Source: Eledone cirrhosa (lineage: Eukaryota). Taken from it: a DNA stretch of 64,000 nt. How positions within the stretch are numbered: the stretch's first letter is position 1; every line of letters begins with the position of its first letter. The notes under the pieces are model-generated. The model made no database searches. It had not been told where the DNA came from and was given only the letters and a program-made list of their open reading frames with translations. Made by a program: the position numbers and the translations under genes. This document shows, in pieces, positions 1-14,187 of the stretch. The stretch spans positions 231,322,001 through 231,386,000 of the forward strand of contig OZ024743.1 in assembly GCA_964016885.1 (NCBI GenBank), written 5' to 3'.

Positions 1-1040
1 ATAGACATCGTTATTCGATAAAACATGAAAACCAGCGTTATGTAACAACACTCGCAGACAAGGCTTGGCAGCTGCGTGAAAATAACCAACAATTTCACCT
101 AAAATGGGATATAATAGCGACTGCCCCCCCTATATTCCAATGGACAGGAATTTTGTAGATTATGTAATGTAGAATTATTTTGTATTATGAAATCCAAAAA
201 CATTTTATTAAATAACAGAATAGAGCGATCGTTATACTGTAACCATCGCTTAAAATCTACATTTTCATATTATAAATACTACCAGGATTGAACGCCTGTC
301 TCTATCCCCGTTTGATTGTCAAAATAGATATGAACATTCTTTATTAGTCTTAATTCTATCAACTCTTCTATTATTTACCTTTTAATACAAACTGCTATAG
401 ATAAAATGAGATTTCTGATTTTTTGATTCAATTCCCTAGTGCAAATACCAGCTGACCACTAGCATTGATGTTATTTAGTAGCAATCGAAATCTCCCCCTT
501 CCCCAATTGACACTTTATGATTAATACTACTGCACCAAATGACCAGCCCTGTCCACTGTCCAGTTGGTCAAGTAGAGATTAAAATCGGCACCCCCAAAAT
601 TCTTATTTAGATTTACTCATGGTATTCTCATTAAAAACCCATTATATACTTGTTTAGCAGTAAATTATTTTACCATCTGTCATATTCTATCCCCTCTGTT
701 CCTTCCTCTTTTACTAATATAAATACTTCAATTTTTCTGATTTTATCCAGTTTATCCAAAATCTCTGAAGAAGTGACAACTGATTATACATTTGCTATCG
801 AATACTTGCTAACATTATATGATTACGCAAGCAGCGATACATAGGTATTCGGTCTGTTACAGAAACATATGTCAATACCTAATAAATTCCTTTTTTAACA
901 AAAGCACTTTCATTTTATATTCATCCTTTCTACATTTCTCCGGAATATAATTTATACTCGTTGAGCAAACCTGCACGTACGCTGTTCATCTCTAACGTAA
1001 CGATATATTATCACTACATTATCGATAACCTGAAATTTTA
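1..1040 (+). mobile_element. 3' end of a Naiad-like Penelope-like element (GIY-YIG C-terminus plus 3' pLTR), ending in (TA)n
   Basis: Frameshifted translation HRYSIKHENQRYVTTLADKAWQL...CRLCNVELFCIMKSKNILLNNRIERSLYCNHR with a stop at about 291. Close inverted homologue of 14185-15110. HHR-like motif at 764-873. Confidence 0.85.
764..873 (+). ncRNA. Hammerhead-like motif with long stem II insert (PLE pLTR)
   Basis: CTGAAGA-A-GTGACA...TGTTAC-A-GAAA-CATATG-TC. Stem III is palindromic; stem I pairing is poor. Confidence 0.55.
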
Positions 1041-1044
1041 TATA

Positions 1045-1075
<31 letters not shown>

Positions 1076-1579
1076 GATGGCTGTAAACTCTGCTAAAAGT
1101 AATGCAATCGCTTGTCAAATTACAGATAATGGTGCACTTTTAGTTTAGGGGCAGCCACACGAATATGTAACATATTCTGAACAAGCAATGCCTGTGTTTG
1201 AAGATTTTTTTAAGGGGGGAAAAGCCTTGCACTCGACCAATCCCACTCTCTGGGCATCGTAAAACACTTTTAGAAAATGAGAACTGTTCAACATGATCGG
1301 ATGCTTCCAAAGCCACAGGTTTTTTTTTCCAGAGTTTCTCTCTCTTAGAAAACAATTGGCGAAAGAAAAGTACTATTTGGAAGGACGTTGACACTGTTGA
1401 GTTCCTCCGCCCTCTGCCGTATCTTGTATTTTATCCCGCAGGGTGTCCAAATATCACCCTCCTCACCAAGCAAGCTTGGTGAGGTTGCCGGTTTAGTCGC
1501 CTACCAACTGACCATGAGACACGTTGTACTGTGTAACATGTACTTCGTTACGCATAGTTAAACAAACACACATACATAT

Positions 1580-1760
1580 AATTGTTTCTACTTTTGGCAC
1601 AAGGCCAGCAATTACCATTACATTGCTGGTACTTTATTTTATCGACCCCGTAAGGATGAAACGCAAAGTTAACCTCGGCAAGATTTGAACTCAGAATGGC
1701 AAAGGCCGTAACTCTGTGTCAAAGCATGGCGTCCGACCCTCTACCGACACTGCCAAGCCA
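1580..1760 (-). mobile_element. tRNA-derived SINE (octopus-type family A)
   Basis: Reverse complement has a TGGCAGTGTCGG A-box-like motif, GAGTTCAAATC B-box, the CTTTCATCCTTACGGGGTCGATAAAATAAAGTACC body and a CCTTGTGCC...GTAGAAAC tail shared with other copies. Confidence 0.85.
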
Positions 1761-2436
1761 TAAACATACACGTATATACACATATCTACAGAAACACGCA
1801 TTTACACATACATTAACACAGGAGCATGCTTACACATATATACGTTCACGAACATGGATACACAGACACATAGATGTAGAGTAAGATGCATACAAAGATT
1901 TCATGGCAGAAACACGCAATTCTATATCTAGATGTGTCACTCTGACTCAAACACTTTGAAATCTTAATTTTCGTCCCACTTAGAAATATATATCCATATT
2001 ATAAGGAGTGTATTATATTATAGAGAACATCGTGTATTACAACAGTCATCCAGAGAGACATTTATGCACATATATTTATACACAATATATTTATACACAT
2101 ATATTTATACACAATATATTTATACACATAACTGTAGGCATAAATGTCTCTCTGGATGACTGTTGCAATACAGTATATATACACACACCTATATAAATAT
2201 ATATATATGTGTGTGTGTGTGTGTGCGTGTGTGTATGCATGTGTGGCTATGTCTGTGTGCTCATCGTATAAGAGTCATTTAAAACAAACACGCATGCGTG
2301 TCTGAGATTTACACAGACATCCGGCCGATAGACACTTCAAATTGCTGAATCATCCATACATAGATATAAACTTACTTTCACCTGCTAGAAAGAAATTTGG
2401 TCTGCAGTTACAGACCCACACATATACGTTGCTCTG

Positions 2437-3253
<817 letters not shown>

Positions 3254-3389
3254 CTCTCTATATATATGTATATATACACAGAGAGTGAGATAGAGAGAGG
3301 GGGTAGAAAGAGAGAGAGAGTTGGGGAGGAAGACTGACAGGAAACATGGAAACAAAATTATGAACAATAAAACGTATACATATGACATT

Positions 3390-3570
3390 ATTGGCAGTAT
3401 CGGTAGAGGGTTGGACGCCATGCTTTCTAGCATAGTTACGTCCCTTTACAGTCTGAGTTCAAATCCCGCCGAGGTTAACTTTGCCTTTTATCCTTACGGG
3501 GTCGATAAAATAAAGTACCAGTAATGTACTGGATAACTACTTGCTTTGTGCCTAAAATAGAAACAATTAT
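3390..3570 (+). mobile_element. tRNA-derived SINE family A
   Basis: TTGGCAGTATCGGTAGAGGG...GAGTTCAAATCCCGCCGAGGTTAACTTTGCCTTTTATCCTTACGGGGTCGATAAAATAAAGTACC. Confidence 0.85.
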
Positions 3571-3974
3571 TTATATAGACATATATATATGCTTTCATTC
3601 AGCTATGCCAATATGAAATTCCAACGTACACTTATATTCAAACAACGACTTGAAAAATAAATACTACTCGCAAATTGATGAAATTCATGACTATGACTGA
3701 TAGTCAAATCTTTGTTTTGTGTATAAAATGTTGTGTACTAGTTCAGCCACATAAACACAACTTACACTCATTCAAAAGGACTTATAGTTATGGATTAAAA
3801 ATATGCACGAATATGTAAGTAGACACACACCAACACACACATGTATATATATTTATATATGAGTGAGTTTATATGTATTTTCTCATGTATATATTTACAA
3901 ACATATTCAAAGATATATAAATATATATTCCTTTATATATATAGACACACAGATACCCGCACATACAAACAAAG

Positions 3975-4005
<31 letters not shown>

Positions 4006-4259
4006 AATATATATATGTATATAACATATATAAATATATGTGTGTGTTTGTGTGCGTGGGTTTGTGTGTTTATGTGTGTATGTATGTATATTACTAGATA
4101 TATTTAGATGTGTGTGTAAATTTACACGCGTATGTAAATGTCTGGGTTTAGTATTAAAGGTACACGCGCACACTTTATATAGCTAATATATATACATGCC
4201 CCAAACCGAGGTTGATGTACATCTATACACATTCACATTCGACGTATATATTACGTATA

Positions 4260-4870
<611 letters not shown>

Positions 4871-5645
4871 GTATAAATCTAAAGAATTGCCTCCATCGTT
4901 CTGCACGAGATAAATGCATTTATTTTCATCATCACTGATGCATCTTCCTGTACAATGACATAGCAGATGGCAGTTATACATATATTAATTTACAGTTTGC
5001 TCTGATGATTGCCATGTCAGCATTCTCGCAACAGGTTGGCGTCAGCATGTCTACATTCCACTAGTTCGAAACCACTCTAGGTGTTATTGTAGAAATTTAC
5101 CGTTAAGAACAACAACAAGAACAATAAATATAACAATAACAATAATTATAACTGTAGTCATGACGATGACAACGGCAACGGCATGTTCTGGCCCTCTTAA
5201 ACATAATAACAGCACCAACAACTATAGCGATGCTACCAGTCATATTGAAACCCCATATGGTGTCACATAATAAGGTCGAGGGGAGGTAAAATTCTCAAGA
5301 AAAGAAACGAAGAAACGTAATCCTTTTATATCGGAAATATTGGAATATTGGTGGCGATATATAAGAAGCGATATACATCTAATATTATCATGAAATATGA
5401 AGATATCTGAATCACTCAAAAGCTTCATAAACTACGCTACACAACATTAAACACATGCAGACACAGACGCAACTGCATACATATATATTCATACATACAT
5501 ACAAACAGGCATAGACAAACCTATACATACATACACATATTCACTTATAAATTTTTGAAAGTTTATAATATATACTGTTAACTTAACAACTAGTTTATTG
5601 TACTATATAAACTTCATGAACTGCTTTACACAAACGCACTCACAC

Positions 5646-5722
<77 letters not shown>

Positions 5723-5894
5723 TGAATATATGAGAAGGATGAACACCGATACAAGTATATATGTGTTCTAATTGCAAATGACCAAGTTAGCAAGGTTGAA
5801 AAAATACTGTTTTAAAACAATATGGTTTGCCTGTCTCGATTTAAAGTAATAAATCAATAAAAATAACAAACCCATATCGGGCAACTGCCTTTCA

Positions 5895-5969
5895 TACCCG
5901 AGCAGGGATAAATCTGTTTCGCAAGAATTATTAAGTGAAAGCCACCATTCCTGCGCTCTTCTGCGGGTA
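5895..5969 (-). ncRNA. Hammerhead-like motif, variant core CAGAAGA
   Basis: TACCCG-CAGAAGA-GC-GCAGGAAT...ATTCTTGC-GAAA-CAG...CTG-CT-CGGGTA. All three stems pair. It lies in a ~390 bp insert between (TA)n runs. The cleavage triplet is non-canonical. Confidence 0.55.
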
Positions 5970-6105
5970 ACAGGAAATTCGTACTTTTCACTTAAAAATA
6001 GCAGTCGGGTTTAGGAGATTAAAGTTAGCTCTACATTCGGAGCTGAGAATATCATAGAATGAGGTAGAAACTCAAAATATACATCGCTATATTTCACAGA
6101 GCCAA

Positions 6106-6165
<60 letters not shown>

Positions 6166-6168
<3 letters not shown>

Positions 6169-7870
6169 TCCGCTCGCCATCTCACAGTCTGTGGCCTTCT
6201 CCAGTGCCACGGAACACCCGCCCATCGCCTTACGGTCGAACAACGAACTATCTTCCTCTTACAGACCCACACTACCCCCGGCCTGAACTCCCCACCCTTA
6301 TTCCTTTAGCGTTCGACCGCCCCCCTCCCCCACACTTATCCCCCACTAACACACCCCTCCTTTTCACCGCCCACCCCACACTAACAATACTAACACCTCC
6401 ACTCCACCCCTCATCTGACCACCCTTCCCCAACTAACATACTAACATCCCTTCCCTCCCCTCTACTACACCCCCCTCCTTATCACACGCACACACCCACC
6501 GGCACATATATACACGCGCTCACACTAAACACACACCCTACTACCACCACTAACCCTCACCCCCCACACCTCTCACCCCCACACATCCATCCCACCACCC
6601 CGCAACTAACCTCACTAGCACCCCCTAACCCCAAGCACACGAACACACGCACCCACTTACACCACCCACCCCACACGCAACTAACATCACTAACACCCCC
6701 CAACCCCACGCACACGTACCCACACACCCTCGTACACCACCAACTCTACACACCCTACCACCACTAACCCCCACTTACACCTGCGTTCAACCCCTCCCCA
6801 CCTCCCGTATACTAACACCCACTAACACCTCTTCATCAAACTACACACACACCAGTACACCACACTCCCTCCATAGAACCACACACACCCTTCTCTCCCC
6901 GCTCCACCCACACCCTCGCTCCACACTCACTCATCCCACTAACACCCCTACTAATACACACACACACACACACACCCTCCTCACTCCAACTTTCACACCT
7001 ACCTATCCTCGCCCCCTTACCATTCCACCGACTGCTGCTATGCCCTCTGACCACCTCCCAGCACTAACAGACCACAGCACTCCCACTGCTGACCACTTCC
7101 TCTTCCGACCACCGCTTCATGGATTACCCACACGCAGAATTTGACTTACAATCAATCCACTAAACATCCTTGGAACTTACCAACTTTTCAACCATCTTCT
7201 TACGTAATCACCTATATAACTCACCCACACACACACCCCCAAAAAAAATTTTCTCCACACTCCACCCACACCCACAACACGCTTAAACCCCACACACACG
7301 TGCTTCCCACCACATATTTACACCCTCAGCCTCCGGATTCCTCTCCCCCCACCCCCCTACCCACACACGCACAGATACTCCGACCCACAAAAACACCCCC
7401 CACAAACACCTCTTCCTGAACATGCAACCCCGTTCTTCCCCCAACCCTTACTTTCACATACACACACACACACGCACACCTACACACACACACCACCTTC
7501 AGCCCTCCCCGCTCGGACACCACCCCCACTCACCCCACACGCTTCCACCACCTGTTTACCCCCCTTTTAATTTCAGTTTATTTTGATCATGCCTTTATTT
7601 TTAAATTTTCTCATTCCTTGTATTTTGATCATGCTTTATTTTTATTTTTTATCTTTATTTGGTTTTTTTCATTCGCACAGTTTCCTTTCGCTATATGTCT
7701 CTCCACCACTCCCCTACACACCTTTTGAACTCTGTTCCCACACACTTCTCACCTGAGGAAGGGCTTATGCCCGAAACGTCGTCCCCCACCTACCCCCCAC
7801 TCTCCTGAGCGTGAAATTAATAAGCATTTATTGTACTGCCTCTCTGTTTTGTCCCTGTTCAAAATTTTCC
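6166..7870 (+). mobile_element. 5'-truncated PLE: GIY-YIG C-terminal fragment plus long C/A-rich 3' pLTR
   Basis: 6166-6309 reads HSARHLTVCGLLQCHGTPAHRLTVEQRTIFLLQTHTTPGLNSPPLFL*, matching the PLE E..IF.L.T..P.GLN motif. HHR at 7753. (TA)n on both sides. Confidence 0.8.
7753..7783 (+). ncRNA. Minimal hammerhead ribozyme motif
   Basis: CTGAGGA-A-GGGC-TTAT-GCCC-GAAA-CGTCG-TC. Stem I is not evident. Confidence 0.6.
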
Positions 7871-8182
7871 ATTATATATATATATATATATATAATTAAG
7901 TATCTGTGTATGGGGTACGTGTGTAGAGGGTTTATGCAACAATACACACACATATATATATATATATTTGTAAGTATGTATGTAGTAATAATTTATGTAT
8001 TATGTGAGTGTACGACTCGTAGACTTTGTTAGGCCATTCTTCTAGGAGACGGCAACTCAGGAATCTGGGATAACCCCGACATAAATCATGCGGCTCAGTA
8101 GTTACCGATGATGTTGTTCTTTTCTTATTTTCGGGTTAAAGCTACTGTCCCGCGGTCGAGATCTCATATATATGTATATACA

Positions 8183-8214
<32 letters not shown>

Positions 8215-8219
8215 CATCT

Positions 8220-8440
8220 TAGTCGATTGACTTTCGTCAAATCGGACCGAGGGAACAATGTTTCCGTCGGTCTTTCCAATTGCTAATACTATCTATCGGT
8301 CGCAACTCCAGGTAGAAGGAGCAACGTGAAATAAAGTGTCTTGCTCAAGGACATAACGCATCGCCTGGTCCAGGAATCGAACTCACAACCTTACGATTGC
8401 GAATCCAATTCTCTAACCACTCAGGCACACGCCTTCACAA
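8220..8440 (-). mobile_element. tRNA-derived SINE family B (CORE-like body)
   Basis: Reverse complement has a tRNA head (GAGTGGTTAGAG...GAGTTCGATTCC) followed by TGTCCTTGAGCAAGACACTTTATTTCAC. Confidence 0.75.
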
Positions 8441-8954
8441 TATATATACATACATATATATATATCATGTGATATCACCATTTAGTAATATCTGTATGAT
8501 ATAAACATATACGTTACATAGATATCATTAGATAAGTCGGTAATCTCGGTTATATCACTGAAAATGTTATTTTCACTAAATCGTAAAAGAAAAACAGAAA
8601 CCAAATGTTAGTAAACAGTAAAAATAGAAATATTAATATAACCACTAATAAACAGTCAAAACATAAACAAAACATTAGAAGGTCAGCTAAGGAAATTATG
8701 ATATAACACACTATGAACACGAAGATATCATATTGAAATACTAACAAGAAAATTATTTGTCACAGGAAATTATGAGAGATAATTATGTGGAGAGGAATTA
8801 GAGTTTTTGAGTTTTCTCGTAATAAGCAAATTAGTGCAGAAACTTGAGGAATATGGTGGTAAAAATCAACTTCTTAATATCAAAGCCAATTAGTTCGTTC
8901 TCAGATCTTAATCTTACAAGATTTCATATAAGAAATATGATACCTATAACGTGT

Positions 8955-9546
<592 letters not shown>

Positions 9547-9847
9547 GGAGGGGGATGTGTGTGTGCGCGTATGTGCCTGTTTTATCTCATGAGATTAGTA
9601 TCCATATAATATGGCACATAACGATACATTAATGACGTTTGCACCGATCGACTCTTGTGCAGGAAAACGTTTCATATATAATACTTACAAACACCGACAC
9701 ACACGCACACACACTCATATACACATATATGTATTACTTTTCATATATATACATATGTGTTTTAGTATTCATATATCTATAAGTATTAATATATTTATAT
9801 ATACACGTATATATAAGAATACATATATACATCATACACACACACAC

Positions 9848-9960
<113 letters not shown>

Positions 9961-10078
9961 GTTACACGACAGGCGAACTAACATAAATGTTGTACTAACT
10001 GTTGTGTAACCAATTCTAGCTAACTGGTCCCATGGACTGAGTACTCTACCACTACGGTATTACCTTCCAGTGTTCTAC

Positions 10079-10123
<45 letters not shown>

Positions 10124-10139
10124 CTCTTCTTTGCCCACT

Positions 10140-10503
10140 TATTCCTGAGAATCTCGTGGGTGCAGAGTGGTGATTCACTCCTTCCAGTAGGTCTCCTCAG
10201 AACCAATTTTTTCCAACTGACACTGCTGTATCCCTAAACGAGACCAGCCAAGCTCATGGATGTTATTGAAACATCTTGCTCGGTGTTTACCCCTGGTTTT
10301 TTCTGCCGGTTCGTTTTGCTTGTAAAATCTGTCCAGTGGTTATTTTCTGAGACATGCTAACCACATGCCCATATTATCGGAACTTTCACCTTTGTATTCG
10401 ATGAACTAGCACTCTACCTAGAGTGACTCCCTCATCTCTGAACTACGCACTCTATCGAGTAACGTTACTCCAAAGACCCTTCGGAGGAACCCCATTTAAG
10501 CCG

Positions 10504-10507
<4 letters not shown>
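10140..10507 (-). mobile_element. RTE-like LINE 3' fragment (degenerate)
   Basis: Translates FLRRVFGVTLLDRVRSSEMRESL...YGHVV; homologous to 20520-20910 and 52100-52750. Confidence 0.7.
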
Positions 10508-10546
<39 letters not shown>

Positions 10547-11521
10547 GTGCGTGTGTATGCGTGTGTGTATGTGTGTGTGTGTATGTGTGTGTGAATTAGT
10601 CAAAACGAATGGAGAAAGGTAACTGGAATTAAAGATCTGCACCTATTTTTGTTGATTAAAATACACTTAATATCAATTATGCATTTGCTTCTCTAAATCC
10701 TTCACCAAAATCTCTCAATCTCAACGTGGTTTTTTTTCCCGTTTAACATGTGCTAATGGCAGTGTAGATCCATATTTGTATCATCTTATGTGCGCCGCCG
10801 TTTGATAATAACGGCTGTGTTGATTGTATTGGAAGTGATACATACTGTTATTGTTGTTTTTCCTTAAATATGTTATGCTCATATACATACCGAACTGTTT
10901 TTGTGTCAGGTAGTGGACACAAGTATCTAATATCTCCAAATGATGTGATTGAGGAGTTTAGAGGCATTTCAACGATGTCTACTATTACTACTTACTGGAT
11001 TGACAACATAAAGTCTCCTTAATTTCATCGTGGTACATGTTTTATGTTGCCCGGTGTGATAGCGGTGGTCGTTTGTATGAAGTTGAAAGTGATTTGCATG
11101 ACGCTAGTTGTGATATATTCTGTGTAACGCGTGTGGTGATAGGCGTAAAGGTGACAATATGGTAGTAATAGCCCTTGCTGTTTATCATGGTGAGGTGATG
11201 AATGTATTTTGAATAATTTCAGTTAGTCTACTTTCTGCATATAACACTAAATAATATATATATATATATATATATATATTGTTATACTTGGGGAGGGTCA
11301 TATTTGTGTAATATTGCCAGAATTAATAACAGAACACACTTACTGTTTGGTTGGTTTTCGCTTTTCGCTTCTGTGTCTTTTATATCGGTAATCTAATTTA
11401 CTCGGTCCTCAATGTTGCCATTGACTGACCGATGGTCAAAAAATAATACAGATACAATATAGACACAAACACATATATATAGTTTATCATTAATCTTTCA
11501 TTGCACATCAGCAACATCGTC

Positions 11522-11569
11522 AGTGGTGCTATTCCACATAAAAAACCTCGCAAAACTAATTCATCGCCG

Positions 11570-11631
<62 letters not shown>

Positions 11632-11736
11632 CGGCGATGAATTAGTTTTGCGAGGTTTTTTATGTGAAATAGCACCACTCATGTCGAATTTGTTTATCGT
11701 AAACTCGTGAGCCGATTTTCCGATACCCGATTATTC

Positions 11737-11742
<6 letters not shown>
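11522..11742. mobile_element. Inverted repeat (~48 bp arms) around (TA)n plus terminal segment of TA-targeting repeat family D
   Basis: AGTGGTGCTATT...CATCGCCGT-(TA)n-ACGGCGATG...AATAGCACCACT. The tail GATTATTCTAC(TA)n is shared with 36922-37110 and 63782-63965. Confidence 0.75.
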
Positions 11743-11767
<25 letters not shown>

Positions 11768-12571
11768 AGTATGTACATTTCGTTTCATTTTTTCCGTTTA
11801 TATATATATGAGAAATTGGCATACAAGTATTTAGGATTGTTGTTGCTGTCATGCTGGTTGCATTTTTCTGCTATGATAGGGGGTATCGTGCTACGGGTGA
11901 TAGTGAAGATGATTGTCGTGATGGTGAACGGGTTGATGTTAAGGAGTAGACACTGATGATGGCGGGCGTGTCTGCGTGTTGTTTGTAGGAGTTGCACTGC
12001 TGAGAAAAATATTTGTCATTGATCGATGGGCAATAAAGTGCCGTGGCGAGGGTGGTTGGTTGTTGTTGTGGTGATATAAATAATTGCTGCTTGCTGTCTC
12101 GGTGCTGATCATGTTTCTTGTAGGGATGGTTGGTTTGTATTGATAGCTACGATGGGAGTAGTAGTAGGTGTTCTGTTGAAACTATACGGGTGAATTTTGT
12201 GGTGGTAATAGTTACAATCGTGTTGTTTGTGATTATAGACTTAGGGATAATAGTTGTGGTGGTGTTTTAAAATATTTATAGAGTTGAGGATGGTGTTTAT
12301 GGTCGTCTTGGTGGTAGTTGTCTTGGTGTTTTATCATAATCATATGTTTATTATAGTCTGGAAGTTGTTATATGTGATCAACTTGCTCGTAGTAGTGGCG
12401 AAGGGGATGCCTATATATCGGAGTATTGCTGCATTAACGATAACATTATTTGTGCCGGTGGTGAATCTGGAGTTTCTAGTTATTGTTTTTGTGTTATTCA
12501 TTTGTATTTTGGGTTGTGGTAATGGGCGAGAACCAGTGCAAGCGTCCTTACAAACGTATACTACAAACAAA

Positions 12572-12640
<69 letters not shown>

Positions 12641-13418
12641 AACGATGAATAACGATATGATGGCGATGGGGTTAAAGTTGTTGGGGTGGAGATGCGAAGC
12701 ATTACAATAAAGAACCAGCTCATGAAGATAAATATCAGGCAGTACCCATGTCATTTTCTCCGCATCATTTCCTATTCTACAAAGATACACGTCGCTTACA
12801 CAACTCCTTGTATCTAACCCCAAATATAGGAGATCCATTATTCATGCAGGAACTACGATATTACTGCTGGTTGTATGAGTGAATGGGGTCAGTTTTACAA
12901 AGAGAGGAGATGAGAGGAAGTAAGGTAGCGAAGAAAAGAAAAAAAGAATGAAATATATACACCGGCGTACTGGCCACGTTGCCAGGTTGCCCGATTGCAA
13001 GTGGGCTCCAGCTGGTCCACGGTAACATTGCAGGGCCCAGTGTAGTATTTTAGGGGCCAATGCATGCTTTTAAAAAAATACCTGAAATGTAAGAGAAAGA
13101 ATAAATTGTTTTAAAAAACCAAATAAAACTATTAAGCAAAGCACTTGGTCAACCAATTCCCCAGGGAATTACTTGAAACCAAAATATACGATAGTGCAAA
13201 TAGCTGAAATCAGTGGTTGTACATACTACTAAATCTTAAGCTTAGTGCATGCAAACATACATATATAGAAACAGACACATAACCATATATATATATACTT
13301 ACACATACACACAAACTACTGCCCAAACAATGTTTGGTCCCAATGGATTAAAGACATCTGTCAAATCATTTAGTGGTGCAGGTGGTGTGTATGTATGTAT
13401 ATATATATATATATATAT

Positions 13419-13580
13419 AACGAAGGAAATGTGGTAAGGAACCAGGTGGACCATAACGCACCAAAGTACTCAATACTTAGGGTAGTAGAGTGGGAAATAG
13501 GAACGAGTAGGACCACTTTTAGTCCAGAATTAGCCGCCGAAACGGCTTGAGCTCAGCCGTCGGGGTCCTACTCGTTCCTA
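13419..13580 (-). mobile_element. Truncated pLTR fragment of family E with internal inversion
   Basis: AACGAAGGAAATGTGGTAAGGAACCAG...; copies at 27781, 37559 and 55851; flanked by (TA)n. Confidence 0.8.
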
Positions 13581-13648
13581 TATATATATATATATATATA
13601 TATAGCGACGAAACATAAGTCAATTGCATGAACTCATAATCCTTATTT

Positions 13649-13704
13649 ACTGGTATATATATTTCGATGATAGCCATTGAGTGGCTATGACCTCATCAGG
13701 CAGT
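13649..13704 (-). ncRNA. Hammerhead ribozyme motif in solo pLTR (13605-14075)
   Basis: ACTGC-CTGATGA-GGTCATAGCCA...TGGCTATCATC-GAAA-TATATA-TA-CCAGT; relative at 50563. Confidence 0.7.
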
Positions 13705-14131
13705 TAGTCAGTTCTTAGCTATGCCAGCTCTGTGTTTATGGTGTTGATTGCATCAGAGACTTGGGACATATGATCTTGTTAGGAATAATTTAATGTTGTC
13801 AGCAGGAATAATCTTAATTCTCATTGGTCAGTTTGTAGATACTAGTAGGGTTGGTATTTGACATCAAAGCGGCAGGTGGTGTTATAAATGTCAAAGCATC
13901 AGGCAAGGTGACAATAGTTACATATAACTGATTTTCACAAAAAGCATTCCTGGCCAGATATATATTCAATTGGGGTTTATAGTATGAAATACGATACTAC
14001 AGGTCAATCTTAAATTGAGGAATTTATGTAGGGTGATACTACTGAAAATTATGGTTAGAGTAGAATACTAGAAAATTTACATATAAAAAGACTTATGTAT
14101 ATATAGATACACCCCCCACACACACATATAT

Positions 14132-14184
<53 letters not shown>

Positions 14185-14187
<3 letters not shown>

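Noticed and set aside
4997-5080. CTGATGA...GAAAC hammerhead candidate
   Set aside because: Stems I, II and III cannot be paired convincingly.
6204-6767. 187 aa Pro/His/Thr-rich ORF
   Set aside because: Product of the C-rich PLE UTR; the real EN fragment is in another frame.
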